Under the pieces are notes generated by a model. That model was not told where the DNA came from, made no database searches, and saw only the letters and a list, made by a program, of their open reading frames with translations. A stretch of 64,000 bases of DNA from an uncultured Acidobacteriota bacterium (GTDB lineage Bacteria > Acidobacteriota > Vicinamibacteria > Fen-336). The position numbers were made by a program, and so were the translations under genes. Location: positions 2,308 to 66,307 of the forward strand of contig CAVRVE010000014.1 in NCBI GenBank assembly GCA_963724555.1, given 5' to 3'. Position 1 is the stretch's first letter. Each line of letters starts with the position of its first letter. Shown piece after piece: positions 1-10,207 of the stretch.

Positions 1-1
1 C

Positions 2-1195
2 GAGCGCGTGAACCCCGGGCTGGGCATGGGCCAGAACCCGCCGTTCTCAGGCTTCGCCGCGCTCCAGCGCACGCTCGACTCCGCGCCCGAGGTCGGGGGC
101 GCAGCCTCCGCCTACGGGGCGCCCGGCGGGGCCCTGGAGCTGACGGAAGGGAACGCCCACTACTGGCAGTGGAACCTGACGGTCGAGCGGGAGCTTTTCC
201 GCAACACCCTGGTGGAGCTGGCCTACGTGGGTAGCCGTGGCCTTGGGCTCCAGGGACAGACCAACCTGAACGAAGTGCCGCCCGAGAACCGACTGGCCTA
301 CGCGCGCACCGGAGACGCGGCGCTGCGGCCGCTCAACGGAACCACCGGCATCGGCGGCAACGACCTCGCTCTCTGGCAGCACGACCGCAGCTCGATCTAC
401 CACGGCCTGCAGGCCGCACTTAACAGCCGCTTCGGTCAGGGGTCAGTGCTCGCGCTCGCCTACACCTGGTCCAAGCTCATCACCACCAGCTGGGACACCT
501 CCAGCGGCGGGCTCGACCCGGGTCTGCTCTACACAGACAGCACCCAACCGGGCCTCAACCGCGCGCGAGGCGCCAACGATCGCACCCACATGTTCAGTGC
601 GAGCCTCGTCCTGGCCCTGCCGACATTTCAAGACAAATCGCGATTCGTGAGAAACGTGCTCGGCGACTGGGAGTTCACCACCATCGTCCAGGCGGGCACG
701 GGCTATCCCGTGACAGTCGCGGCGGACGTGCCTGGGCTCTTTGGCCCCGGGGGCACGAGCAATCAGCAGCTGCAGACACCCAACCGGGTCGTGAGCCAGC
801 CCTGCACGGTGAGCACCGCGAACGACCTGCAATGGCTCAACCCGGCCGCCTTCACGCTCAACGGCTTCCCGATCGGCACGAACGGCAGCGCCGGTCGCAA
901 CATCTGCAACGGCCCGGGCCTCTTCCAGGTGGATGCCTCGCTCTACAAGAACATCAAGCTGGGCTCGAGGCTGAAGCTCCAGCTGCGCTTCGAGGTGTTC
1001 AACGTGTTCGACACCGTGAACTTCCTTGGGTCCTCCCTGAACGCCGGCTACGACGCAGAGAACGTCATCTTCGACAGCGGCGAGGCGGCCACGGCGACGA
1101 CGATCACGAGCGCCACGCCCCCGGGCAACTTCGGGCAGCTCGCGAAGGCTCGCGACCCGAGGACGATTCAGCTCGGAATCCGGCTCACGTTCTGA
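2..1195 (+). CDS. TonB-dependent receptor-like outer-membrane beta-barrel, C-terminal ~395 aa (5' end outside window)
   Basis: Frame is open from the window edge. Gly/Asn/Thr/Ser-rich alternating strand pattern. Ends ...RTIQLGIRLTF with terminal Phe, typical of OM barrels. The Met at 8 in the ORF track is not a real start. Confidence 0.75.
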   Translation, partial: ERVNPGLGMGQNPPFSGFAALQRTLDSAPEVGGAASAYGAPGGALELTEGNAHYWQWNLTVERELFRNTLVELAYVGSRGLGLQGQTNLNEVPPENRLAYARTGDAALRPLNGTTGIGGNDLALWQHDRSSIYHGLQAALNSRFGQGSVLALAYTWSKLITTSWDTSSGGLDPGLLYTDSTQPGLNRARGANDRTHMFSASLVLALPTFQDKSRFVRNVLGDWEFTTIVQAGTGYPVTVAADVPGLFGPGGTSNQQLQTPNRVVSQPCTVSTANDLQWLNPAAFTLNGFPIGTNGSAGRNICNGPGLFQVDASLYKNIKLGSRLKLQLRFEVFNVFDTVNFLGSSLNAGYDAENVIFDSGEAATATTITSATPPGNFGQLAKARDPRTIQLGIRLTF

Positions 1196-1229
1196 GCGAC
1201 CATCCAGAAGTAGTGGAGACGCCGCGCTC

Positions 1230-2588
1230 CTAGCGAATCGCCGCAGCCTGGCCCGCGGCCGAGATCGCGTAGAGGTGCCCGCGCGTGCGCACGTACATCG
1301 TTCCGCGCGAGATGGCCGGCGTCGCGAAGACGGTCTCGCCCATGTCGATCCGCGTCGAGCAGCTCGAACGCTGCGGCCGGCACGCAGCACCAGCAGCTGG
1401 CCGTCCTCGCCCGCCAGGTAGACCTTGCCGTCGCTCGCCACCGGCGAGGCGCTGTGCGTGGTGCCGGTGCGCTCGCGGTAGACGAGAGCGCCCGTCTTCA
1501 GCTCGTAGACTCCCAAGACGCCTTCGTCGCGGACCGCATAGAGAAGGTCACGGTAGGCGAGCGGCGTCGTGGTGTAGGGCCCGCCCGGATCGGTGCGCCA
1601 GGCCAGGAACGGGCCGCTCTTCGCGTTCTCGGGCACGGACACGTCGCCCTGCGCGCCGGCCTTGATCGCGAAGAGCGGCCGGCCGCGATAGCCGCCGGCG
1701 AAGATCACGAGGCCGTCGCTCACGAACGGCGTGGGCGTCTTGACCTCCGCGACGTCCTTGAAGCGCCAGAGCTCCTTGCCGGTCCGCGGGTCGTAGCCGC
1801 GCACGTGGTAGCCGCCGACGACGAGGAGCTCGGCGCGGCCGCCCGAGCGGTGGAGCGTCGGCGTCGCCCACACCGGCCGCTCGTCGCGCTCGACGCGCCA
1901 GGCCGGCTTGCCGGTCGCGAGGTCGTACGCCGCGAGGAACGAGCCCGCGTGCTTGTCGACCTGCACGATCGCCAGGTTCTCGAAGATGACCGGCGAGCTG
2001 CCCTGGCCCCACTCCGACTTCGGGTCGCCGAGCAGGCCCGGGTTGAGCGTGCCGAGGTCGACGCTTCCAGCGCGGCGTGCCGTCGACGTCGAATGCGGCG
2101 AGCGTGCCGGAGGCGAAGAGCGCCACCACGGTCTTCCCGTCCGTCACCGGCGTGGGGTTCGAGTGGCTGGACTTCACGTGGCGGGCGGCGCGGGGCTCGC
2201 CCGCGTAGGCCTCGCGCTCCCAGAGGCGCTTGCCGTCCTTCGCGTCGAAGCAGAGCAGCCGCCACGAGATCGGCGGCTTGTCCGACGCGAGGTCGATGCC
2301 GCCCTTGTCGCCGAGCACGAGCGTGGGATCCTCGGCCGGGACCGCCGTGGTGACGAACACGCGATCGCCCCACACGATGGGACTCGAGTGCCCGACGCCG
2401 GGAACGTCCGCCTTCCAGCGGACGTTCCTGCCGGCCTTCACGTCCCAGTCGCCGGGCAGGTTCTGGCCGTCGGCGACGCCTCTGGCAGCCGGGCCGCGGA
2501 ACGACGGCCAGTCCTGGGCCGAGCTGTCCCTTGTGGCCGTGCCGAGTGCGAGTGCGACAACGAGGAGCGAGACACAGACGACGCGCAT
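1230..2588 (-). pseudogene. Secreted PQQ-like beta-propeller repeat protein; frame broken at about 2063, 1385 and 1365 (pseudogene or assembly indels)
   Basis: Signal peptide [18 protein letters not shown]. Repeated propeller motifs: [69 protein letters not shown]. The pieces lie in ORFs 1548..2705, 443..1966, 1168..1383 and an unlisted frame ending at TAG 1230. Confidence 0.75.
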
Positions 2589-2746
2589 CGATGCCCTCCG
2601 AGAAGGTTCTCTGTCGATTGTGTACGAGGTCGAGGTGAGGCTGCGTCGGGACGATACGATTTCACGTCCGTCCAGTCGTGTGGACGGCTGCGCCAGTTCA
2701 TGCAAAGGTGTTCGTGACCAATGTCTTGGTGAGGCAAGAAGGCAGA

Positions 2747-3007
2747 ATGATCGTCGGCCTGAACAAGCAGTTTGAGCACGAGGGGCGGCAGTTCCACATC
2801 CAGGTCGAAGACCTCGGAGAGGCGCGCGCGTGCTTCGAGGTCCGGGTCCACGAAGGCGGCGGCATCATCTGGAGCAAGCAGGTCGGCTACCAGGACATCC
2901 TCGACAAGGCGCTGCCGCGCGACGAGCAGGACGAAGCGGTCCGCTCGAGCATGGAGAAGGTTCTGCACACCGCCGCCACGGCCATCGCGCGCGGCAAGCT
3001 GCCTTAG
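2747..3007 (+). CDS. Small hypothetical protein (87 aa) upstream of the Ser/Thr kinase
   Basis: ATG at 2747 preceded by a purine-rich stretch. Non-shadow amino-acid composition ([25 protein letters not shown]...). 47 nt upstream of the kinase start on the same strand. No family recognised. Confidence 0.5.
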   Translation: MIVGLNKQFEHEGRQFHIQVEDLGEARACFEVRVHEGGGIIWSKQVGYQDILDKALPRDEQDEAVRSSMEKVLHTAATAIARGKLP

Positions 3008-3054
3008 CGCGCGTCGGAGTAGAATCCGGGCCGCTCTCTCGCAGAAGGAAAGTC

Positions 3055-5705
3055 ATGCCCCTCGCGTCCGGGACCCGTCTCGGCCCGTACGAGATCCTGG
3101 CGCCGCTCGGCGCCGGCGGCATGGGCGAGGTGTATCGCGCGCGCGACCCGCGCCTCGAGCGCGACGTCGCGATCAAGGTGCTGCCCGAGCACTTCGTCGA
3201 CGACGGCGACTCGCTGTCGCGCTTCCAGGCCGAGGCGAAGGCGGTCGCCGCACTCTCGCACCCCAACATCGTGGCGATCTTCGACACCGGCCAGCACGGC
3301 GACCAGCTCTACGTCGTGACCGAGCTGCTCGAGGGCGAGACGATGCGGTCGCGGCTGCGCGAGGGCGCCTTCGGGATGCGCAAGGCCGCCGAGCACGCGG
3401 CCCGCGTGGCCGAGGGTCTCGCGGCGGCGCACGAGAAGGGCATCGTGCACCGCGACGTCAAGCCCGAGAACCTGTTCCTGCTGAACGACGGCCGCGTCAA
3501 GATCCTCGACTTCGGGCTCGCCCGGCAGGATCCGCTGCTCAAGGCCGCGGGCGACCAGAGCAGCTCGCCGACGGCGGCGCGGCCCACGAACCCGGGCGCG
3601 ATGATCGGGACGGTGGGGTACCTGTCGCCCGAGCAGGCGCGCGGCGATCCGGCCGACCACCGCTCCGACATCTTCTCGCTGGGAGCCGTCCTCTACGAGA
3701 TGCTGACCGGGCGGCGCGCCTTCAAGGGAACGAGCCCGGCGGAGCTGCTGAGCTCGGTGCTGCGCGACGAGCCCGAGATGCCGTCGCTCTCCGATCCGCG
3801 GATCCCGCACGCGCTCGACCTCATCGTCCACCACTGCCTCGAGAAGAGCCCCGACGAGCGCTTCCAGTCGGCGCGCGACCTGGCCTTCCACCTCGACAGC
3901 GTGGGCGGCACCTCGGCCTCGCAGCGCGCCGACGCGCTCGGCCCGCTGCCGGCGTCGCGGCGCCTGCGGCGTTACGTGCCGCTCGGGCTCGTCGGCCTCG
4001 TGCTGCTCGGCCTGGCCTTCGAGGTCGGCCGCCGCGTCGGCGGCGGCGCGCGCGGGCCCGGTGCGGGCCGGCCGCCGCTCGCGTTCCAGCAGGTGACCGA
4101 CACGCCCGGCCAGGAGCGGCAGGCGCAGCTCGCTCCGGGCGGCGAGAGCTTCGTCTACGTCGGCGAGTCGGCCGGCAACCCCGACATCTGGCATCAGCGC
4201 GTCGGCGGACGCAACCCGGTGAACCTGACCGCCGACAGCCCCGAGGCCGACACGGCGCCCGCGTACTCGCCCGACGGCGAGCGCATCGCGTTCCGCTCCG
4301 AGCGCGACGGCGGCGGCATCTTCGTGATGGGCTCGACGGGCGAGTCGGTGAAGCGGCTCACCGACTTCGGCTACGACCCGGCCTGGTCGCCCGACGGCAA
4401 GCAGATCGTCTTCTCGACCCACAGCGGCCAGGATCCCTACAGCCGCCCCGGCGAGGGACACCTGTGCGCTCGTCGAGCTGGGCACGGGCGGCATCCGGCA
4501 GCTCACGCACGAGCACGACGCGGTGCAGCCGCGCTGGTCGCCCTCGGGATTGCGGATCGCCTTCTGGGGGCTGCGTGGCAACAGCGGGCAACGCGACCTG
4601 TGGACGATCCCCGCCGACGCCAAGGGCGAGCCGGCCGCACTCTCGGTGACGGAGGACCCGGCGATGGACTGGAATCCCGTCTGGTCTCCCGACGGCAAGA
4701 GCCTCTACTTCTCGAGCGAGCGGGGCGGCTCGATGAACCTGTGGCGCGTGGCGATCGACGACGACACGGGCCGCACGCGCGGCGAGCCGGAGCCGGTCAC
4801 GACGCCGTCGCGCACGAGCGGCTCGATCAGCTTCTCGCGCGACGGCAAGCAGATGATGTACGTGAGCTCCGATCGGCGCTCCAGCATCCAGCGCGTCGGC
4901 CTGGATCCCGCCACGGGCAGGGTCAGCGACCCGCCGCGCCCGGTGTTCCGGGGCTCGCGCGTCATCTACACGCAGGACATCTCTCCGAACGGGGAATGGA
5001 TCGCCTTCACGACACTCGGCGGCCGCGAGGACCTGTACGTGGTGAAGAGCGACGGCACCGGCTACCGCCAGCTCACCGACGACGCCTACCGCGACCGCGG
5101 TCCGCGCTGGTCGCCCGGACGGCACGCGGCTCGCGTTCTACAGCGACAGGAGCGGCCGCTACGAGACGTGGGCGATCCGGCCCGACGGCAGCGGCATCGA
5201 GCAGCTCACGAAGGCCACCGGGCCCGCCCGCACGGAGGTCGCCTGGGCGCCCGACGGAAAGAGGATCGCCACGAACGACAGCGTGAAGACCTGGATCCTG
5301 GACCTGACGCCGCCGCTCGACCAGCGCCAGGCCGAGGCGTTGCCCGAGCTCGAGGGCGGCCACGCGCTGCAGCCCCGCTCGTGGTCGCCGGACGGGAGCA
5401 TGCTGGCCGGTGGCCTCGCCTTCTACACGTCGCCCGACAGCGTCACGCTGCTCTACTCGTTCGCCACGCGGACCTACACCCCGCTGCCCGAGGGCCGCGG
5501 CTGGCCCGCCTGGATGAGCGACAGCCGCCGGCTGATGATCGCCCGCTACGACGGGATCGTGATGCTCGACACGCGCAGCGGCCAGGCGACGCCGATCCTC
5601 GGGGTGTCCGCGCAGGGGATCAGCCTCTCGCGGGACGATCGCTGGCTGTGCTACATCGAGAACCAGTCCGAGGCCGACGTCTGGCTGGCGACGCTCGCGC
5701 GCTGA
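3055..5705 (+). CDS. Hanks-type Ser/Thr protein kinase fused to a PD40/TolB-like beta-propeller; two frame changes (about 4460 and 5116)
   Basis: Kinase motifs: GAGGMGEVYRA, VAIK, HRDVKPENL, DFGLA, GTVGYLSPEQ. One TM segment (VPLGLVGLVLLGLAF). Repeated SPDG propeller motifs: YSPDGERIAF, WSPDGKQIVF, WSPSGLRIAF, WSPDGKSLYF, WSPDGSMLA. Pieces in ORFs 2830.., 4523.., 5283... Confidence 0.85.
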
Positions 5706-5709
5706 GCGG

Positions 5710-6564
5710 ATGACGCTGCGCTACGTCGAGCACCGGCCGCGCGCCGCGCTGCGGCCGCACCTCGAGTGCCTGTGGCTCGTCTCGGACCCGCGGCCGCGTG
5801 CCGGACGGGCGCCCGACCGCGTCGTGCCGGACGGCTGCCCGGAGCTGATCGTGCACCTCGGGGACCCGTTCTCGCGGCAGGTGGGCGGGCGCTGGCGGCG
5901 ACAGCGGCGGGCCTTCCTGGCGGGCACCTTGACGCGGCCGTGGCTGCTGCGCGCGGGGCGCCGCGTCGCGACGCTCGGAGTGCGGTTCCGGCCCGGCGAG
6001 GTGACGCCGCTCCTGCCCGTCTCGATGGCCGGGGCGACGGGCCGCGAGACGCCGCTCGCCGCGATCGTCGGCCGGCCGCGCGCGCGGGCGCTCGTGCAGG
6101 CGCTCGCCGCGGCGCGGAGCGACGCCGCGCGCTTCGCGGCGGCCGAGGACTGGCTCGCGTCCCAGCTCGCGCTCGCGAGCCGACGCCCCGCCGCCACGGC
6201 GCGACCGGCCGTCCGCCTGCTGCTCGAGGCGCGTGGCGCGGCCCGCATCGCCGACGTCGCGCGCTCGCTCGGCTGGAGCCGGCGGCGGATCGAGCGCGTG
6301 TTCGCGCGCGAGCTCGGCATCCGCCCGAAGCTGTTCGCCCGCATCGTCCGGCTGAACGCGGTGCTCGCCGGGCTCGACGCCGCGGAGCGCGCGAGCGCCG
6401 TCGACATGGCTCTCGACGCCGGCTACTTCGACCAGGCGCACCTGCTGCGGGACTTCCGCGTGCTCGCGGGGCGCACGCCGCGCCAGGGCCGCGAGCGCGA
6501 CGGCGAGCTCGCCAGGAACTTCACGCACCCCGAGCGGCTGCGGCTGCTGCTCGCCGGCGAGTAG
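5710..6564 (+). CDS. AraC-family transcriptional regulator
   Basis: C-terminal double helix-turn-helix: IADVARSLGWSRRRIERVFARELGIRPKLFARIVRLN ... DAGYFDQAHLLRDFRVLAGRTP. Confidence 0.85.
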   Translation: MTLRYVEHRPRAALRPHLECLWLVSDPRPRAGRAPDRVVPDGCPELIVHLGDPFSRQVGGRWRRQRRAFLAGTLTRPWLLRAGRRVATLGVRFRPGEVTPLLPVSMAGATGRETPLAAIVGRPRARALVQALAAARSDAARFAAAEDWLASQLALASRRPAATARPAVRLLLEARGAARIADVARSLGWSRRRIERVFARELGIRPKLFARIVRLNAVLAGLDAAERASAVDMALDAGYFDQAHLLRDFRVLAGRTPRQGRERDGELARNFTHPERLRLLLAGE

Positions 6565-6576
6565 CGTCGCTTTTTT
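6556..6576 (+). terminator. Weak candidate intrinsic terminator after the AraC gene
   Basis: Short stem gcga/tcgc followed by TTTTTT (6571-6576). A T6 run is rare in this GC-rich sequence, but the stem is only 4-5 bp. Confidence 0.3.
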
Positions 6577-6625
6577 CCAAGAGCCGTAGCCGAAGGCGTC
6601 CTATCTTTCATCCAAGGAGATTCCG

Positions 6626-7093
6626 ATGCGACGAGCGACGCTTCTGGGGGCACTCTGGTTCATCTCGCTGGCCAGCGTCGGGGCACAGGCGCCCGGCGGC
6701 AAGATCGAAGAGCTCGGCTGGCTCGAGGGACGCTGGGAAGGCGAGAGCGACGGAATGTCGATGGAGGAGCAGTGGACCTCGCTCAAGGGGGGCGCGCTGC
6801 TGGGGCTGCACCGCGACGTCAAGGGCGATCGCATGGTGTCGTTCGAGTTCCAGCGCATCCAGGCGACGCCCGAGGGGACCTTCTACTTCGCGAGCCCGGG
6901 CTCGCGCCCGCCGGTGCCGTTCGCGCTCGTCGAGTCGGGCGGACGACGCGCCGTGTTCGAGAACAAGCAGCACGACTTTCCGCAGCGGATCCTGTACTGG
7001 CTCGACGCCCAGGGGGCGCTGCACGCCCGCATCGAGGGGCCGCAGGGCGGCAAGACGGTCTCGGAGGAGTGGGCCTGGACGAAGGCCCGCTAG
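6626..7093 (+). CDS. Secreted DUF6265-like protein (family name from memory)
   Basis: AAGGAG ribosome-binding site 7 nt upstream. Signal peptide MRRATLLGALWFISLASVGAQA. GWLEGRWEG...EEQW motif. Confidence 0.7.
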   Translation: MRRATLLGALWFISLASVGAQAPGGKIEELGWLEGRWEGESDGMSMEEQWTSLKGGALLGLHRDVKGDRMVSFEFQRIQATPEGTFYFASPGSRPPVPFALVESGGRRAVFENKQHDFPQRILYWLDAQGALHARIEGPQGGKTVSEEWAWTKAR

Positions 7094-7099
7094 CGCCCG

Positions 7100-9022
7100 C
7101 TAGCCGGGGGGCGCGCCGAGCGGCAGCCAGACGACGACGCAGGCGCCTCCCGTCGCGTCGTTGCGGGCCTCGACGCTTCCCGCGTGCTGCTCCACGATCT
7201 GCTGCACGATCGAGAGGCCGAGCCCGGTGCCGCCCCGCCGCCGCGTGAAGAACGGCTCGAACACGTGCGGCAGGTCGGCGAGCGCGAAGCCGGCGCCGTG
7301 GTCGCGCACCGAGACCCGCACCAGCCTGCGGCCGTCGCGCTCGGCCGGATCGAGCTCGACCACGACCGTGCCGCCGGGCGGCGAGTGGCGCAGCGCGTTC
7401 TCGAGCAGGTTCTGGAACACCTGCACCACGCGCTTGCGGTCGACGAGCAGCGGGGGCAGCGGCCCGTTCGCGCGCGTCTCGATCCGCGCGCCCGAGGCGC
7501 GCGCCAGGTAGTCGCAGGCGCGGCTCGCCTCCTCGATCACGCTCTGGACCTGCTCCGGCGTGCGCTCGAGCTCCCGCGGGCGGCCGTACTCCAGCAGGTC
7601 GTTCATCAGCTTGCCGAGCCGCCCGACCTGTCCGCGCAGCGTCTCGAGGTGCGCCGAGACGCCTTCGTGGCGCACGCGCGCCTCGAGCGCGTCGACGGTC
7701 GACGAGATCCCGAAGAGCGGGTTGCGCACCTCGTGGGCGACCCCGGCGACGAGCGAGCCCATCGCCGCCATCTGCTCGCGGCGGCGCAGCGACGCCTCGA
7801 GCAGCGTCACCTCGCGCGCCGACTGGTCGCGCTCCCGGCGCAGCTCGACGACCCGGCGTCCGAGGCCGACCGAGATCGCGATGCTCGCGACCACGAGGCC
7901 CGCGCGCGTGAGCGGCACGCCCCAGCTTTCGGGGATGGCGACGAGGCCGAGCGTGCGCAGCGCGACGGAGAAGACGCCCGCGAGGAAGACCGAGAGCCCG
8001 CCGAGCAGGTACACCGCGGGCCGGTAGCCGCTGCGGGCGACGACCGTGGCGGCGCTGATCAGGCTCACCACGAACGCGAGCGCGGCGATCGCCGTGGTCT
8101 GCTCGGCGAGGCCGATGCTCAGGATGCTGAGCGGGAACGAGACGATCGCCGGCAGCATCGCGAGCTGCAGCAGGCGGTCGACGCGCGGGGCGCGCTCGCG
8201 GGTCGCCAGGAAGTCGCGGCCGCACAGGCAGCCGAACAGGAACGCGGTCGCCAGCATCGCCGTCGGGAGCGAGGCGCCGAGCGGCCCGAGCCAGGGCCAC
8301 AGGTACTCGCGCCCGCGCCCCTCGAACCCGATCATGGCGAGCCCGAGGCCGAGCAGGTGGATCGCGAAGTAGAGGCTGGCGCGATCGCGCACCGCGGCGA
8401 AGAAGATCAGGTTGTAGAGCGCGGTCGCGAGCAGCAGGCCGTTGAAGAGGCCCCCCAGGAACTGCGCGCGCTCGTCCTCCGAGAAGAAGGCCTCGGCGCT
8501 CACGAGCGCTCCGCGCACCGTCTGCGGGGCGCGCGACTCGAACGAGAGGAACGCGGGCCGCTCGGGGTCGAGGTCGTCGGGCAGCGCGAAGAGCATGCGG
8601 TTGTGGCGCAGCGCCCCCGCGGGCTGCGGCTCGTCGAGGCCGATGCAGCGCATGGCCTGCCCGCCCGAGACGAGCGGCAGCCAGGCGCAGGCGCGCTCGA
8701 AGTTCGCGATCGGCAGGAACAGCAGCCAGTGGCGCGTGCGCGCGCCGCGCAGGTCGACGCGGAAGCGCAGCCAGTGGCGCCCGCCGCCGCGCGTCGTGAT
8801 CTGCGAAGCGTCCGGCGGCGCCACGAAGCGCGCGCAAGCCGAGGGTCCCGACACGTCCGCGAACGACAGCGCCCGCGCTTCGTCCTCGAGCAGCGCCAGC
8901 CGCTCCTCGATCGGGACGCTGAGCGCGTCCGGCCCCGGTGTGAGCGCCTGCCCCGGCTCGCAGGCGGCGCCCGCCGGGTCGGCGACGGTGAGGCCCAGAA
9001 GGAGGCCCATGCTCGCCAGCAT
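7100..9022 (-). CDS. Sensor histidine kinase with 7TMR-DISM-type extracellular and 7-TM input module
   Basis: N-terminal secreted domain, then about 7 TM helices. H-box GVAHEVRNPL, N-box QNLLENALRH, G-boxes DHGAGF and GGTGLGLSIV. The ORF 7100..9565 overextends upstream into the deaminase gene. Confidence 0.85.
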   Translation of the reverse strand: MLASMGLLLGLTVADPAGAACEPGQALTPGPDALSVPIEERLALLEDEARALSFADVSGPSACARFVAPPDASQITTRGGGRHWLRFRVDLRGARTRHWLLFLPIANFERACAWLPLVSGGQAMRCIGLDEPQPAGALRHNRMLFALPDDLDPERPAFLSFESRAPQTVRGALVSAEAFFSEDERAQFLGGLFNGLLLATALYNLIFFAAVRDRASLYFAIHLLGLGLAMIGFEGRGREYLWPWLGPLGASLPTAMLATAFLFGCLCGRDFLATRERAPRVDRLLQLAMLPAIVSFPLSILSIGLAEQTTAIAALAFVVSLISAATVVARSGYRPAVYLLGGLSVFLAGVFSVALRTLGLVAIPESWGVPLTRAGLVVASIAISVGLGRRVVELRRERDQSAREVTLLEASLRRREQMAAMGSLVAGVAHEVRNPLFGISSTVDALEARVRHEGVSAHLETLRGQVGRLGKLMNDLLEYGRPRELERTPEQVQSVIEEASRACDYLARASGARIETRANGPLPPLLVDRKRVVQVFQNLLENALRHSPPGGTVVVELDPAERDGRRLVRVSVRDHGAGFALADLPHVFEPFFTRRRGGTGLGLSIVQQIVEQHAGSVEARNDATGGACVVVWLPLGAPPG

Positions 9023-9045
9023 GCGGGCCCGAGAGTAGCGCGACT

Positions 9046-9507
9046 TCAGCGCTGGCGCAGCAGGATGCCGGACTCGGCGATCAGCCGCCGGTAGGCCTCC
9101 TCGAGGCCCGCCCCGTACTCGTAGGGCTCCTCGTACACGAGCTCGCGCAGGCCGGCCTGGATCGACTCCTTGGCGCAGCCGAAGCAGGGGCGCAGCGTCG
9201 CGTAGAGGATGCCGCCGTTCGTGGCGTTGCCGTGGCGCGCCGCGAGCACGATCGCGTTCTGCTCGGCGTGCACGCAGACGCAGGTGTCGTAGCCGGCGCC
9301 GGGCGGCGCGTCCGAGGCGCAGCGCGGGCAGCCGCCCTCGTCGCAGTTCTTGACCCCCATCGGGGTGCCGTTGTAGCCGGTGGCGATGATCGCCTTCTCG
9401 ACCACGATCAGCGCGCCGACGCGGCGCCTCACGCAGCTCGAGCGCGTCGCGACGGTCCGCGCGATCGCCATGTAGTAGTCGTCCCAACCCGGCCGCGGCG
9501 TGCTCAA
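9046..9507 (-). CDS. dCMP/cytidine deaminase family protein (ComEB-like); start uncertain (TTG 9507 or ATG 9585)
   Basis: Zinc-binding motifs VHAEQNA and PCFGCAK. N-terminal RPGWDDYYMAIA is typical of dCMP deaminases. Confidence 0.85.
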   Translation of the reverse strand: MSTPRPGWDDYYMAIARTVATRSSCVRRRVGALIVVEKAIIATGYNGTPMGVKNCDEGGCPRCASDAPPGAGYDTCVCVHAEQNAIVLAARHGNATNGGILYATLRPCFGCAKESIQAGLRELVYEEPYEYGAGLEEAYRRLIAESGILLRQR

Positions 9508-9708
9508 GGGCCCCTTCCCGAAAAGCGGTCCGCGGAGTCTCCCGCAGCGCGGCGTGACGGTGCAAGTGTCCGATTTCCGGCCCATTCTTCGGGCCGGCAG
9601 GAGCGCAGCGCGCCCCAACAGCCTCGTTTCACGGGGCTTCGGCGGGCGGGCACGAGCCCCCCGTCCTGGCGCGGCGCTTGCAAAATGACTGGTGGCGAGG
9701 GGGGGAGG

Positions 9709-10188
9709 ATGCTGAAGGCGTTCAGGCGTGACCGCGTGACGCGGGGCACGGAGGATGTGATGATGCAGGCACTGCTAGCGATGGGCGAAGACGCGATCGA
9801 GGAAGAACGCGTCGTGGACGAGGACGGGAACGAGCGCAGGCGCGCGCTCCGGCGCAAGCTGCCGTTCGGGCGCGGCGCGGTGCTGAGGGCGGGCGGGCGC
9901 ACCCACATCGTCGGGCTGGCCGACGTCAGCGTCACGGGCGCCTACCTCACGACCCGCGCTCCCGTCGAAGCCGGCGAGGTCCACGTCCTGCGCCTGCTGC
10001 TGTTCCCCGACACGGTGGAGACCGAGCTGCGCGTCCAGGTCGTGCGCGTGTCGCTCGAGGAGCACGAGTCGAAGCAGCATCCTCGCGGCGTCGCCGTGCG
10101 CTTCCTCGAGCTCGACGAGGCCGCGGTCCGCAAGCTCAAGGCCTTCATCGCGCAGCGGCTGCCCGAGAAGCGGCGGGCCGCGCGCTAG
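9709..10188 (+). CDS. PilZ domain protein (alternative start at 9685)
   Basis: RRALRRKLPF and DVSVTGAYL match the PilZ RxxxR / D-x-S-x-x-G c-di-GMP binding motifs. Confidence 0.75.
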   Translation: MLKAFRRDRVTRGTEDVMMQALLAMGEDAIEEERVVDEDGNERRRALRRKLPFGRGAVLRAGGRTHIVGLADVSVTGAYLTTRAPVEAGEVHVLRLLLFPDTVETELRVQVVRVSLEEHESKQHPRGVAVRFLELDEAAVRKLKAFIAQRLPEKRRAAR

Positions 10189-10207
10189 CCCCGCGGGCGA
10201 GCGGCGG

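Noticed and set aside
6819-9094. Very long ORFs 6819..8837 (-, 672 aa) and 7184..9094 (+, 636 aa), plus the N-terminal extension of 7100..9565
   Set aside because: Their composition is dominated by Arg/Ala/Pro/Gly with no motifs. They are alternative-frame or antisense shadows of the histidine kinase gene, as expected at about 70% GC.
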